A stretch of DNA of 63,820 nt, counting the filler, from Guillardia theta CCMP2712 (lineage: Eukaryota > Protista > Cryptophyta), in the NCBI RefSeq assembly GCF_000315625.1. It is 6 parts of 6 records of this genome, joined end to end, with 100 filler letters (N's around TTAATTAATTAA, not from the genome) between each part and the next. Parts side by side here need not be neighbours in the genome. Positions count along the whole stretch, not along the records: positions 1 to 7,362 come from NW_005434602.1; positions 7,463 to 26,264 come from NW_005434623.1; 4 more parts are not named here. One strand, written 5' to 3'. A program made the translations under genes and the position numbers. Positions 1 through 12,432 of the stretch are shown here, piece by piece. The notes below the pieces were generated by a model. The model ran no database searches. It had not been told where the DNA came from and saw only the letters and a program-made list of their open reading frames with translations. The stretch's first letter is position 1. Each line of letters opens with the position of its first letter.

Positions 1-443
1 GTGACTCCGCCGGGCTCAGAGAGTGGGCTTGCAAGAGGGTAGGAAAAGAGGGGATGAGGGCGACCTTCACGAGACATGGCGGCTGCAACAGAAGGGGAAG
101 GGACAGGACAGTGAGGAGAGAGGAAGAGAGGAGAGAGGAAGTGAGGAGAGGAGCGGAGAGGAGAGGAGAGGATAATCAGAGGATAAGATGAATACTTGGT
201 GATCCCGGTCTGAGGAGCTGAAGACCTGACAAGCTGGATTGGCAAGGGGACCAGGAGAGGCAGGAGGGAGGTGTTGCGATCCCTTTCCTCGGTCTGGTCG
301 TGAGGAGGAGAGAAGATACTCTGATACGAGCCCTTGCATAGCATCGCATATGGCGACCTTGTTGTGAGGGAGAGGTTGAATGGGTTTGAGGGCGAAAGCG
401 TTGAAGATCTACCGTCAGTTGTGAAAACACTTAGCTAGTGAGG

Positions 444-2931
444 ATGGGGAATGCGAACGGCAAGAACGGAGAAGGAAGTGCTGGAGTTGCATCAGGGGAT
501 TATTCTCATCCCTATGCAAACTCCCATCAAGACTTGGAGCACAACAATTCTCGACCCAAGACCACGAGTGTGCCGGTGCCCGTTGCAGACAAGGCCAAGG
601 GATCGAAGGTATCCAAGGTCGGCAGAGAGCATGGCAACGGGATCAGTGAGGAAGTCGACAAGGCCATTTCTTTGATTGAACCTCAAGGAAACTCTGAGGC
701 TGCAGGAAAATATTCTTTGCAAGATTTTGAGGTTGGACGATCTTCCTCCTGTGACATGCTCACTGAATCGAATGGTTGTACAGCCGATGAAGGTCATTGG
801 CAACGGTTGCTTCGGAAAGGTGAAGACGATTGTGCCATTATCCCGATCTCTTGTGCTGCAATATTTGCAAGATGTTTGAAGGGCTGCTAGATATCTCGTT
901 CTCGTTCTGCATGTTGCGAAGAGGCACAAGTGACGGTAAATGGACAGGTGATGATGGTCAAGTGCAAGAAAAATGGCAAAATATATGCGATGAAGACAAT
1001 CAAGAAAGCCCATGTTGTTAAGAACAACAAGGTAGAGAATGCAGTTGGCTCCTGCAGCCTGTGATTCAGCATGCAGGTTCGCCATACCCTTGCAGAGCGA
1101 AACATCATGCAGAAGATTAACCATCCTTTTGTGATGAAGCTGCACTATGCCTTCCAGAACAATGGTTGCCTGTCTTCTTCATTGTCATTGTGTGTGTGAC
1201 GTGTTGTGTTTGCAGGAAAGTTGTACATGGTGATGGATTATCTCAATGGTGGAGACATCTTCTACCATCTGTCAGTGTCTCGAAGGTTCCCCGAAGAAAG
1301 GTGCCTTGAAATGTTTTGTCGCATGTTTCAGATATTAAAGCACTCTGTTCAGGTCGAAGTTTTATGCTGCAGAGGTCTTGATGGCACTGGAATGCTTGCA
1401 CGAGCATGGGTTCATCTATAGAGATCTCAAGCCCGAGAACGTCCTGGTATTGCTCTCGACTCCCAGCTCCCTTCTCTCTCCTCCCTGCTCCCTTCTCTCT
1501 CCTCCCTGCACCCTCCCTCCCTCCCTTACCGTCAATGTTCAGACCGATAGCGAGGGCCACATACGGTTGACGGATTTTGGGCTGAGCAAGGAGAATTTTG
1601 AGGAAGGGATGTCGATGAACACGTTTGTTGGAACGACGGTATGAGGAGAGAAGAGCGGAGGGATCAGGGGTGATGAGTGTATGCCAGGAGTACCTTGCGC
1701 CAGAGGTGTTGAAGCAGAAGGGATACGGGAAGGAAGTGGATTGGTGGAGCCTGGGGGTTCTCATCTTCGAGATGTTGACCGGCTGTCCTCCCTTCTACAG
1801 CAAGAACCGGCAGATGACCTTTCGCATGATCCTCTCGGCAGAGCTCAACGTGCCAGAGTGGCTGTCTCCTTCAGCCAAGGCGATCATCAGAGAGCTGCTG
1901 GTCAGGGACCCTGCTGCTCGTCTTGGTAGCGGGACCCGAGGGGCTGCTGACATCAAGCGGCATGCGTTCTTCTCGTCCATCGACTTCCCTGCCCTTTATC
2001 GCAAGGAGGTGTCCCCTCCGTTCACTCCTGCTCCTCTGGCGATCGACGATACGTCTCACTTCGATGTTCGCTTCACCACGAAGCCAGGTGTGTCTCATGT
2101 TTGTGCCTGCCTATCCCACCTGAGCTCCACCTGCAGCCGAAGACTCGCCAACTGCCAGCCCCGAGGAGCCAGCAGCCTTCGACAACTTCAGTTATCAGAG
2201 CCCAACGTATGCGCGGCTGCACGGCATGGGATCGCTCAGCGGCAAGTCTTCCTTCATGGGCACGTACGGCTCACAGAAAGGCTCCTACATGCGCAGCAAC
2301 ATGGGGAAGGTGCCCGGGTCAGGCCCGGGGCTCGGGAGCTTGCCTCGCATCAACTCGGAGCAAGACTTCATTGAGCCTCTCGACTACGAGACGGTGATCC
2401 ACCCCGGAGCCCTGGCATCCGATTACTTGGCGGAGGAGGACAAGGGAACAGAGGCCGGGCAAGAGGGGGGTGAGGCTGCCGCCGACTCCAAGGAGGAGGA
2501 CTATGCGGTGGTCAGCGAAGACGTAGAGGGAGAGGAGGGGATGTACAATAATCTTGGCTCGTCGCTCATCGAGTCCTCGTTGGAAGGAAAGTCGCCGAGG
2601 TGGAGGCAACATGACAGCCAGGTAATCATGCTGGAGTTGCTCCCCTTCAGCTGACGTGCACAAGCAACAGGCGAAGAATGGCTTGCCGATCTCCGATGAC
2701 GACGTGGTGGAAGGAGATGAAGAACAGGAAGAGGATGAAACTGAGCCTGCCACGGAAACGAAACCGCCAGCCCCTGTTCCCGGGTCTGTGCTGCAGGTAT
2801 CCCTTGCTGTGCTCTCTTCTTTCCTCGTCCTCAACCTCATCTCTAGTTTGGCTTGGACGAATGAGGAGGATCAGGACGAGGCGGTAACCCTCATGTACAT
2901 TCAGCTGCCAGACCTCCCTGGCCGCCCATGA
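444..2931 (+). CDS. AGC-family Ser/Thr protein kinase (SGK/Akt/S6K-like), multi-exon
   Basis: Spliced exons give [75 protein letters not shown] and the hydrophobic motif FDNFSY. N-terminal MGN fits a myristoylation site. 3' end approximate. Confidence 0.95.
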
Positions 2932-3039
2932 CGCGGCTCAGCGGCTCCTCGCCGCAGCAGCACCGCACAGTGCTGCATGGAAACATAGCACACCATAGGA
3001 AATAAATAAACTCAGTGACTCGCGTCATCGCCTTCCGAT

Positions 3040-3250
3040 CATCAAGTTGAAGCTACCGTTTGGCTTGCCAAGCCAAACGGTATCATCCGCGGATCGGATC
3101 CGCGGATGATGATCGGCACTCGGCACGCCCGGGGCCGGCGGCACCACTGTGCCGTGACTGTGACTGAGTGAAGCCGAGGCGCCCGGGCCGCGGGCCGCCG
3201 CACGCCGGTGCTCCGAGGGGAAACTTTGTAAGGCCTGCAGAGAGTTTGTC
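3040..3250. other. GC-rich intergenic island
   Basis: Dense CCGG/GGCC/GTGACT words, same vocabulary as other islands in the window. Confidence 0.5.
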
Positions 3251-3255
3251 GAGCC

Positions 3256-3322
3256 AAAGTTTCAAAGTTAAATGTCGTGAAAAGTTTCAAAGTTAATGTC
3301 GTGAAAAGTTTCAAAGTTGTGA
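3256..3322. repeat. Tandem repeat of about 24-25 bp (AAAGTTTCAAAGTTAA(A)TGTCGTGA), about 2.6 copies
   Basis: Directly visible. Confidence 0.85.
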
Positions 3323-3364
3323 ATTCGCGCGAGGACGGATGCTACCAAAATGACTGGCAGAGAA

Positions 3365-3394
3365 GGAGCAGGAGCAGCAGCAGCAGCAGCAGCA

Positions 3395-3443
<49 letters not shown>

Positions 3444-3470
3444 AAGCAGGAGGAAGAGCAGCAGCAGGAG
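3365..3470. repeat. (CAG)n microsatellite
   Basis: Directly visible. Confidence 0.95.
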
Positions 3471-3930
3471 GAGGGGGGCGGGAATATGATGTACAGTGGA
3501 GAGCAGAATTGCACAAGGGTAGGAGGGAGGAGATTAGTGTTGAGGCGCATGCATGGGCTGGGGATCTCACAGAATGAGAGAGCAGAAGAGAGCGGGGATG
3601 AGGAGAGGGAAGAAAATCATCGGAATAGATGAATATTATCCGGATGAGATGGAGGAAGAGGATAGCCAAATATTCAGCATTCCAGTCTGAAAAGCATACA
3701 GATGTTATGCAGGTGGGCAAATAAACTTCAAAAAGTGTGTTAGTGTCCGGCAGACATGAGTCGAGATTGAAAATTACATCATGGTGTCTTATTTGAGAAC
3801 AGTACATCATGATATCTTTACCATTACGTCATGCCTTGGTTTGTTTTGGGTCTAATTGTGCATTACAGAAAGGAATATGAGCCTCTAGCTACTGTCCCAT
3901 TGATCCTATCCTTGCCACTTCCGTCTCATC

Positions 3931-5885
3931 ATGCAAGCGAACATTCAGGTTAAGAAAGAGCAGGATCCAAATGCGATGGACGTAGATGGGCAGACAAATG
4001 TGAGATATCTTGCAACACTCCCTTTCATTCTCCCCTTTGTCCTCTCCCCTCCTCCCTCCTCCCTCTCCTCCCCTTCTTCCGTCTCCTCTGATCTCTTCTT
4101 TCAGCCCCGCATCGTACGACCAAACTCTCTCCACATCCCTTCACATCCCAACAGCCATGCCGGCCAATGGCCCGTCACGCCAGGATTTATGCCGCCTGAA
4201 ACGCCCAGGATAGGTACGGCATGGAAACAAGGCTGGAGGGGAGGGGGAAGGTAGATTTGATATTGGTAGGAAGAAGGAGGTTGGGAGAAATGGAGGAGGA
4301 AGTGACTGAGTGGAGGCGAGAGGAGCAAGAGGAGAGGAGAGGGATTGGACAGGTGCATAGGAGAGGATGACGAGAAGGCTGAGGATGGAATTAGCAGATT
4401 CGCACTACCCGCTGACGCCGCGACCGGGGAGAGGAAGGACCAAGCACTCGTCCAAGCACAAGCAGAGCACAGAGACAAACGTGCGGAGGTTTCCTATCGT
4501 GACGTCAGGAGAAGCAGCACAGAAGATGCAAAACCTTCTCTGTGAGCTGGTGAACACAGGATTCTACACCCGCGAGCTTGAACAGGAGACCTTGTTCGAG
4601 GAAACAGAGGAGGAGCAGGAGTTGAGCGAGCCTGGGCGAGAGGATGCAGAAGATACCATGGATCCTGATGGAAAGTCGTCGTCTTTGAAGCGAAGGAGGA
4701 GACAGGCCATGGAGAAGGTCAAATCCTCTTTCCCTTCCCTCCTCCCTCCTTTGCCTCTCCTCTTCCTTCCTCTTTCACCCTCTCATCCTCTCTCTCCTGT
4801 TGCTTTATCCTCCTGCCTCTCCCTCACTCTCTCTCTGTCAGTGGGTTGCTGCTGTCTCCTCAAAACATCCCAAATCCTCCAACCTGAACCGTCGGGCCAA
4901 CATGATGAGATTCCTTGGAGAGCCCTGGAGGACTCTGCTGCGAGGAAAGGTACCTCTTGACTTCTCCTCCTCTTCACCTCCGCTCCCCTTCCTCTGCTAC
5001 TTCTTCCTTGTCCTGCGCCTTGAAGCTTCTCGGTCCTTCTCTCTTCTAACTCTCCTCAGCTGATCCTCTCGGACCCCTCGCTTCTCGAACACCCGCCCCC
5101 GGAGGTTTCCTTCCCCAGCGTCTTCCGAGCTGACGAGGACGGATGGCTGCACGCCTTCGACCCATACACTAACTTACGAGGCGACCAGCCCGGTGTGGGG
5201 AGGAAAGAGGAGTGGGGAGGAGTGGGGAGGGGCGGAGAGTGGGGGGCGAGACGAGGAAGGACCGAGGAAAAGGAGAAAGGAGAGAGGCGGCGGGAGGGGG
5301 AGGGGGCGAGTTTCAAGTCTGATTCGTGAGGTGAAGGTGCGAAGAATTCAAGTGGCTGCATCCCTTCTGCCCTCGACGGTGTCTCAAGGTGATCAGTGAA
5401 GGAGGAAGTGAGAGCAAAGAGCTAGGAAGGAGAGAGAAGGGAGGGAGGGGGGGGGGGGGGGGGAGGTAAAGGGAGGGAGGGAGGCAGAGGGATGGAGGGA
5501 GGAGAGTAACTCTTGTACGATCAGTCATGGACTCCCTGACTTGTCAGAGGAGCTGGGGAATTCTCGTGTGGGATCCAAGGGAAGGGGAAGGCAGCCTTCT
5601 CCTCCTCCTCGCCTACTTTTTGAAGAATCGCCAGAGCCTGGTGAGTCGAGGACAGTGCAAGGGGTTGGAGCAGGATAGCGGAGCAGGATGAGCAGGAGCA
5701 GGGGCAGGGGCAGGGGCAGGAGAAGTGCATCTGCTTACCCAAGTTTCAGCGCTTCAGCCGATGGTGGCTGGTCCCGTTACCCGAGTAGAGGAGAGGGAGG
5801 ATGACCTACGGGTCGATCCTGCTTTCTTTCAAACCGAACATCCGATGGAGGTCATGTTTCTTCCTCGTCCTCCTCCTCCTCCTCC

Positions 5886-5944
<59 letters not shown>

Positions 5945-6917
5945 GTCATCATCATCATCATCTTGTTCTTCTTCCCTGCCCTGCCCCGCGCTAGTCTCTG
6001 CATCCTCGCTGCATCTCGCAGTCTCCTCACAGGGACTTTTGGTTTCAGTTCTCGTCGGTTGACTTCGTTAGTTTGTTTGGGGAAAGGCTGGAAGATGTAC
6101 AGCCTTACGATAAGAACTCAGGTCCTCCTAATCTTTCCTCCTCCTCTCTGCTCCTCTCTCCTCCACCTCCTCCTTCATCTCCTCCTTCATCTCCTCCTTC
6201 CTCCTTCATCTCTTCCACCTTCCTCCTACCTTTCCCGCCTTCCTCCGTCTGCTCTGTCCCTCCCTTCATCCCCCCTCCCTGTATCTTGCTCCTCCTCTGG
6301 TCTGCCCTCAGCTGAGATTTTCCCTGGTCCAGAGCGAGCGAGTGTACCGCAGCCTCTGCCTCTGCCCTCCAGCGCCAAGGCACTGTGGCAGGTGAGCGTG
6401 AGAGGAGCTGCTGCCCTCCTCTTCCTCCTCTCACTCTTCCGCAGCGAGAGCTCGACCTTCCTCCTTCTCTCCTCCTTCACCAGATCAAACGCGTCCTGGT
6501 AGGGAGCAAGGGACGGTGTCGGAGTTGACTGGGGGAGCAGGAGAGCTACGAGGACGAGCAGCTTCACCTGCCAACCTCCAGCTTCTGGGCGGCTCAGGCG
6601 GGCGAGGGAGCTCACTTCAAGTACCTCTTTCCACAGGTGTATGCCGAACCTTCGTCCTCCTCCCTCCTCCTTCTCCTATTCTTCCCTCCTCCTCTTCCTG
6701 ATCCTGATCCTGATTCTCACTCCTCCCGCCTCCTCGCGTGTTGAACAGAAGAAGAAGTCCATCGGTCTTGATGGTCAGCTCATCTTCCACGAAGTTGAAG
6801 TCAAAATCTTCACGTCCCAAACTTACAGCGTCGGGTTGCCCTGGAATCAGAGGTACCTCGCCTCCTCCTCTTCTGACTACTGCTGCTATTACTCCCCTTC
6901 CTCTTGCCCCCCCAGCA

Positions 6918-6982
<65 letters not shown>

Positions 6983-7362
6983 CCTTCTCTTTCTCCATTC
7001 TCTTCTTCCTCTCGTTCCCTCGCATCGTCTGAGTGCGAGCAGGGACAAGCTGCTGAGGTCGCTACCCCTCGAGATCAACGTCAAGCCGCACGGCCTCGTG
7101 AACTTCAACGTGATCCTCGAGGTGAGAAGGCAGGAGCGAGCTTGCGAGGGAGGAAAGAAGGGCAAAGCAGAGAGCAGGAAGAAGGGGACGGGGACGAGAA
7201 AGAGGATGGAAGGGGAGGAGGAGGAGGAGGAGGAGAAGGAGGAGGAGGAGGAGGAGGAGGAGGAGGTGGTGGTGGTGGTGGTTTGCGTGGTGGCCTTGTT
7301 CTGACTATCTGTTTGCAGAGGAACCTGCAGGACCCTTGTCAGTATGGAACTGCAATGAAGCG
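3931..7362 (+). CDS. Multi-exon hypothetical protein, truncated at contig end
   Basis: Coding-like exons (e.g. KMQNLLCELVNTGFYTRELEQE, GLDGQLIFHEVEVKIF, DKLLRSLPLEINVKPHGLVNFNVILE) separated by GT-AG introns filled with simple repeats. No family recognised. Confidence 0.5.
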
Positions 7363-7462
7363 NNNNNNNNNNNNNNNNNNNNNNNNNNNNNNNNNNNNNN
7401 NNNNNNTTAATTAATTAANNNNNNNNNNNNNNNNNNNNNNNNNNNNNNNNNNNNNNNNNNNN
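7363..7462. other. Artificial contig linker
   Basis: N44-TTAATTAATTAA-N44, with stops in all six frames. Confidence 0.97.
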
Positions 7463-7696
7463 TGATCAAATCAAGACATTGTGGAAGTATCAGAGGTGGA
7501 AAGATCTGAGCGGTGGCCAAGGCGTACGATGTTATGATGCCCTCGCAGTCATCAGTGAACACACGCGAACAAACATCCCCATCCCCAGTAGGCGAAATGC
7601 ATGCAGAAATCATGTGAAACCATCTATGCCATGCTTGATGTTTATCTAACAAGTGGATTTAGCTAATTACGAGCATGGGGGGGGGGCGGGGGAGGC

Positions 7697-7727
<31 letters not shown>

Positions 7728-9519
7728 CGCGGGTAAGAGGGATGGGAAGGAACTGAATGGCTGCAGCAGGTGCAGAGGAGGGAACCAAACTTTCATGCAG
7801 CAAGCAAAAAGTAAGAATCAGGACCATCTTTTCCCTCGTTCTGCTCTTCTTCTCTTCTTTCTCATGTCAACGTTCCGCGTCACCCCACCTGCTCATCCTC
7901 CCTTTCTCCCTTCTCCTCTTCTCCCCGTCCCCTCCTCTTCTGCGCTGCATCGCTCCGCCCCTGCTGACTTTCCGCAGGTCTCGACTCCTCCCGCAGGACT
8001 CTCGACTCCCACCTCGTCCTCCTCCCTCCTACTTGCAGCAGCGGCTGAGCGACATCCTAGAGGGCAGGCAGAGTATGGAGCCTCTCGTCGTACCCAACAT
8101 CCCAGTCCCTCTAAATTCCTGATTCTTCTCAACTTCTCCTCCTGTCCCTCCCCCTTCCTGCTGCCCCCTCCTATCTTCCCCTGTTCCTCCTCCTCCTCCC
8201 TTTCACCCTCCTCCCTCCCTCCTCGCTGCCTCATTCCACCCGTCCTGTCTTTCCCGCCTCACGTCGTTCAATTGTTTCTCTTTCCCTTCCGCTTGTCGCT
8301 GCTCATCAATTAATATTCCTTGTCTTGGCATCGAGCGAGAGATGTCAAGGTCATGTCATGTTATGAGTACAATCTTAAAGAATATCGACAAACAGAGAGA
8401 AAACAGGACAGGATAAAAGCGATCCCGTTTCCTCCTCCTCCTCCTCCTCCTCCTCCTCCTCCTCCTCCTCCTCCTTCATTGTTCCTACTCTATGCTCCCA
8501 AGAAGTTCAGACGGGCCTCCACCATTTGGCTCGACATCCTTCCAACCTCGTCAGCAGCAGCAGCAGAGAACGCCGATGAGCACAAAAGGAGCTCGAGGAG
8601 ATGGAGAGACTTGTTCGGGAGAGAGGAGAAATGCCANNNNNNNNNNNNNNNNNNNNNNNNNNNNNNNNNNNNNNNNNNNNNNNNNNNNNNNNNNNNNNNN
8701 NNNNNNNNNNNNNNNNNNNNNNNNNNNNNNNNNNNNNNNNNNNNNNNNNNNNNNNNNNNNNNNNNNNNNNNNNNNNNNNNNNNNNNNNNNNNNNNNNNNN
8801 NNNNNNNNNNNNNNNNNNNNNNNNNNNNNNNNNNNNNNNNNNNNNNNNNNNNNNNNNNNNNNNNNNNNNNNNNNNNNNNNNNNNNNNNNNNNNNNNNNNN
8901 NNNNNNNNNNNNNNNNNNNNNNNNNNNNNNNNNNNNNNNNNNNNNNNNNNNNNNNNNNNNNNNNNNNNNNNNNNNNNNNNNNNNNNNNNNNNNNNNNNNN
9001 NNNNNNNNNNNNNNNNNNNNNNNNNNNNNNNNNNNNNNNNNNNNNNNNNNNNNNNNNNNNNNNNNNNNNNNNNNNNNNNNNNNNNNNNNNNNNNNNNNNN
9101 NNNNNNNNNNNNNNNNNNNNNNNNNNNNNNNNNNNNNNNNNNNNNNNNNNNNNNNNNNNNNNNNNNNNNNNNNNNNNNNNNNNNNNNNNNNNNNNNNNNN
9201 NNNNNNNNNNNNNNNNNNNNNNNNNNNNNNNNNNNNNNNNNNNNNNNNNNNNNNNNNNNNNNNNNNNNNNNNNNNNNNNNNNNNNNNNNNNNNNNNNNNN
9301 NNNNNNNNNNNNNNNNNNNNNNNNNNNNNNNNNNNNNNNNNNNNNNNNNNNNNNNNNNNNNNNNNNNNNNNNNNNNNNNNNNNNNNNNNNNNNNNNNNNN
9401 NNNNNNNNNNNNNNNNNNNNNNNNNNNNNNNNNNNNNNNNNNNNNNNNNNNNNNNNNNNNNNNNNNNNNNNNNNNNNNNNNNNNNNNNNNNNNNNNNNNN
9501 NNNNNNNNNNNNNNNNNNN

Positions 9520-10838
9520 GAGAGGAAGGGAGGTGTTGCCACAGGCAGTGACGTCAAACTCCTCGTAGATGGTCGTACACTCCTCCATCATCTCACTCCC
9601 ATCGTACAGGCTGTACTCAAGGGCGACGGGCTTGGGTGAGAAAAAACGAGTCACAAACACCCCCTCGCCCCCACAGCAGAGTACGAAACATCATCGTTGT
9701 CCTCTAAATGATCTTTCCTGTTCCTCAAGTCCCACCCTGCCCTCGTAAGGATCGATCCTGCTCCTTGCATGACAGCGCGCAGGATGCCGAGCGCGCTTTT
9801 GTTCTCAACCCGCTCGGAGAGCGTGGTCTTCTTCTACTTCGTTTGCACTTACCGATGCGAGTGCATTTCAGTACGTCACACTCAAGCTTGCCGCAGGAAG
9901 GTTCCGTTCCTGCTCGCACTTTCACATCCACTGCCACTCCCTTCTCCCACCCCCACCCCTCCCTCAAGCCTCTGTCTCCCCTCTTCACATCCCCTCTCCC
10001 CTCCTACCGTCAAGCGTGTATCGGAAATGAAGCTGCGCATTTCCCTCCCTCCCAGGCAAGATCTCCACAGGCTGGAAGGAGGCAGACATCACGAGCAGGC
10101 AGAGAAGGAGGAAGAGAAAGAAAGGAGGCAGAAACAACCCAGGGAAGGTGAAGAAGAAAACAAGGACGGGGATGAGGTCAGGAATAAGGAGTAGAAGGAA
10201 ATGAACAAGGATGAGGAGGAAGAGGAGGAGAAAGAGAGGGAAATGAGGGGTTGGTCGTGATGGAGGGAGGGATTTCGATGAAGAAGATTTCTCCAACCTG
10301 CTTGCGGTCAAAGCTAACAATCGAGGTTTCTCCAATGAATTGATCGCCGATGACAACCTGAAGTAGAAACCATGAGGAGGAGTGAGAAGACAAGAAGAAA
10401 GAAGATAGTGAGGGGAAGAGGAGAAGAGGAGAGAGACGAAGAAACGAGGAGAGGAGAGGAGAGGAGAGGAGAGGAGAGGAGAGGAGAGGAGAGGGGAGGG
10501 GAGAAGAGAGGAGGGGAGGGGAGGGGAGGGGAGAGTGGGCAGGAAGGGCGAGCAAGGCGTGAAAAGCAAGGGAGGACAGGGCTTCAAGGTTCTCATGATC
10601 TCTCACCCGAGGCGCGCAGGGCTGAAGAGGAAAACTCCCGCAGTCTCGGTGACAATTTAGCTCGCAGCTCCCTGCAGGGCTGAACCCTCGGGCCTGACGG
10701 TAGAGCCCCACCCTGAAGGAACGACAAAATCCAAGTCAGACAAAATCCAGGACAGTATCCTTCCTCTTCCCTCAACTCCTTCCCATCCCCTCCTTCCTGC
10801 TCTGTTTGTCGCTTCTTCTTTCTTATTTGTTTGCCCTG

Positions 10839-10927
<89 letters not shown>

Positions 10928-11460
10928 TTCGTCCCCTTTCTCCTCCTCCTTCATCTCTTCCCACCTGATTGGCAACGGTGATCCCACAAATCCTCGGATT
11001 GCCAGCTGTCGATTCAGCTCCCCCGAGGTGACAGCCAGCTGGAGGGCGCGAAAGACGGTTGACAAGTCGTCCCGCCTCGAGACGTAAATGTGTAGCCCCA
11101 CCTGACAAGTCAACTGAATAGGAGAAGAAAGAGCAGAGGAGAGCAGAGGAGAAACGTACAGAGGGGGAGGAAAAGAAGAGCGGACAGGTGGGAAGAGGAG
11201 AGAGGAGAGAGGAGAGAGGAGAGAGGAGAGAGGAGAGAGGAGAGAGGAGAGAGGAGAGAGGAGAGAGGAGAGAGGAGAGAGGAGAGAGGAGAGAGGAGAG
11301 AGGAGAGAGGAGAGAGGAGAGAGGGGGGACGACAAAGGACCAGAGACGCAAGGCAAGGGTAGGATACCTCCACAGACTCTTCCTCTTCCTGCTTCAGCTT
11401 TGATTCTACCCGTTTGAATTTCATCGCCTGCATCTGATGTAGCATGAGCAAAAATGAAAG
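9520..11460 (-). CDS. Multi-exon protein with Fn3-associated (chitobiase C-terminal-like) repeats, partial
   Basis: Phase-consistent splicing gives LHFRYTLDG|TEPSC and a second copy EYSLYDGSE...TIYEEF, matching the YTLDGSEP signature. Boundaries uncertain next to the N gap. Confidence 0.5.
11196..11322. repeat. (GAGGAGA)n intronic minisatellite
   Basis: Directly visible. Confidence 0.9.
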
Positions 11461-12432
11461 CTGAAGAGCAGCCGGACTGACTTTGAACTTTTCGATGGAT
11501 TGCTTGAGATGTGTAATGCGGTCTTGTTTCTCATCAGAATGAAGATGGGAGGTAGAGATAGATTGCTTCTTCTGTGAAAGACCATCGTCATCTTCAAACT
11601 GATCATGATTTTCATCATCATCATCATCATCATCATCACCACCACCACCACCACCACCACGACCACCACCGTGTTCATAAGCAACATTCATATCTTCATC
11701 GCGGATTCATGCTCTTACCTTCTCTTGATCTACCACATGCCTCAGCTTTGCCATCACCTCCCTCAAGAGCTTGCTGGACTTTTGTGACATCCTGACACCT
11801 TTGTGAGCAGACAAGAAGATCGACAACAACAGCTCACCTTGAGTCGTGCTGAATCTTCAAGCAGAGAGAGTTTGGAGCGGGGAGACAAACAATGAGAAGG
11901 GCGGATGCGAACGAGGAGCGAAGAAGACAGGTGGAAGGAGGAGAGAAAACATTTCAGGTTGTCTTGTGTCCGAAGATCAACTTGTCCTCACCTCCTCTCT
12001 TGTCGACCTCCCCCTTGTTTGAAGCTTCTTTGCTTCACTTGTGATCTCCTGCCATCTTTGTCAATCTGTCCGCCTTCACGAAATCTTTGTGCAACTTCAC
12101 CTTCTCCCATGTTTCGATATCTGGCTCCTCCACAGAAAGAAGGCGTCTGCGTTGCACAGCATTAAAGATCACGCACGACATTGTTGGTGGAGTGCGATGA
12201 TATGCGAGACATGCATAAGAGAAACATGTACAAGAATAAACATGTTGTCATCTCCTGTGATACACTATGTGAGCTTTTATCACCGTCTTCTCCCAAGATC
12301 TTGGCAAACGAGGGGATCTGCAAAGCTCAACATCAGTAAAGCATGTCAAACAGACTGAAGAACGCTGAAAAGCGAGTAAAAACAACGAGATACAGCACAA
12401 GACATCTGAGCAGATAACATTCTTCAATAAGA

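Noticed and set aside
5870-5960. Poly-His/Ile/Met and similar low-complexity ORFs across the window
   Set aside because: Translations of intronic microsatellites
7363-7462. TTAATTAATTAA palindrome repeated five times in the window
   Set aside because: Artificial six-frame-stop linker within Ns; not biological
8320-9660. Long ORFs of 300-480 aa here and at 56378-57947
   Set aside because: They run through N gaps
10605-10712. GLYRQARG...CELNCHRDC resembling a PKC C1 domain
   Set aside because: The N-terminal His/Cys ligands are missing, and neighbouring exons indicate Fn3-associated repeats
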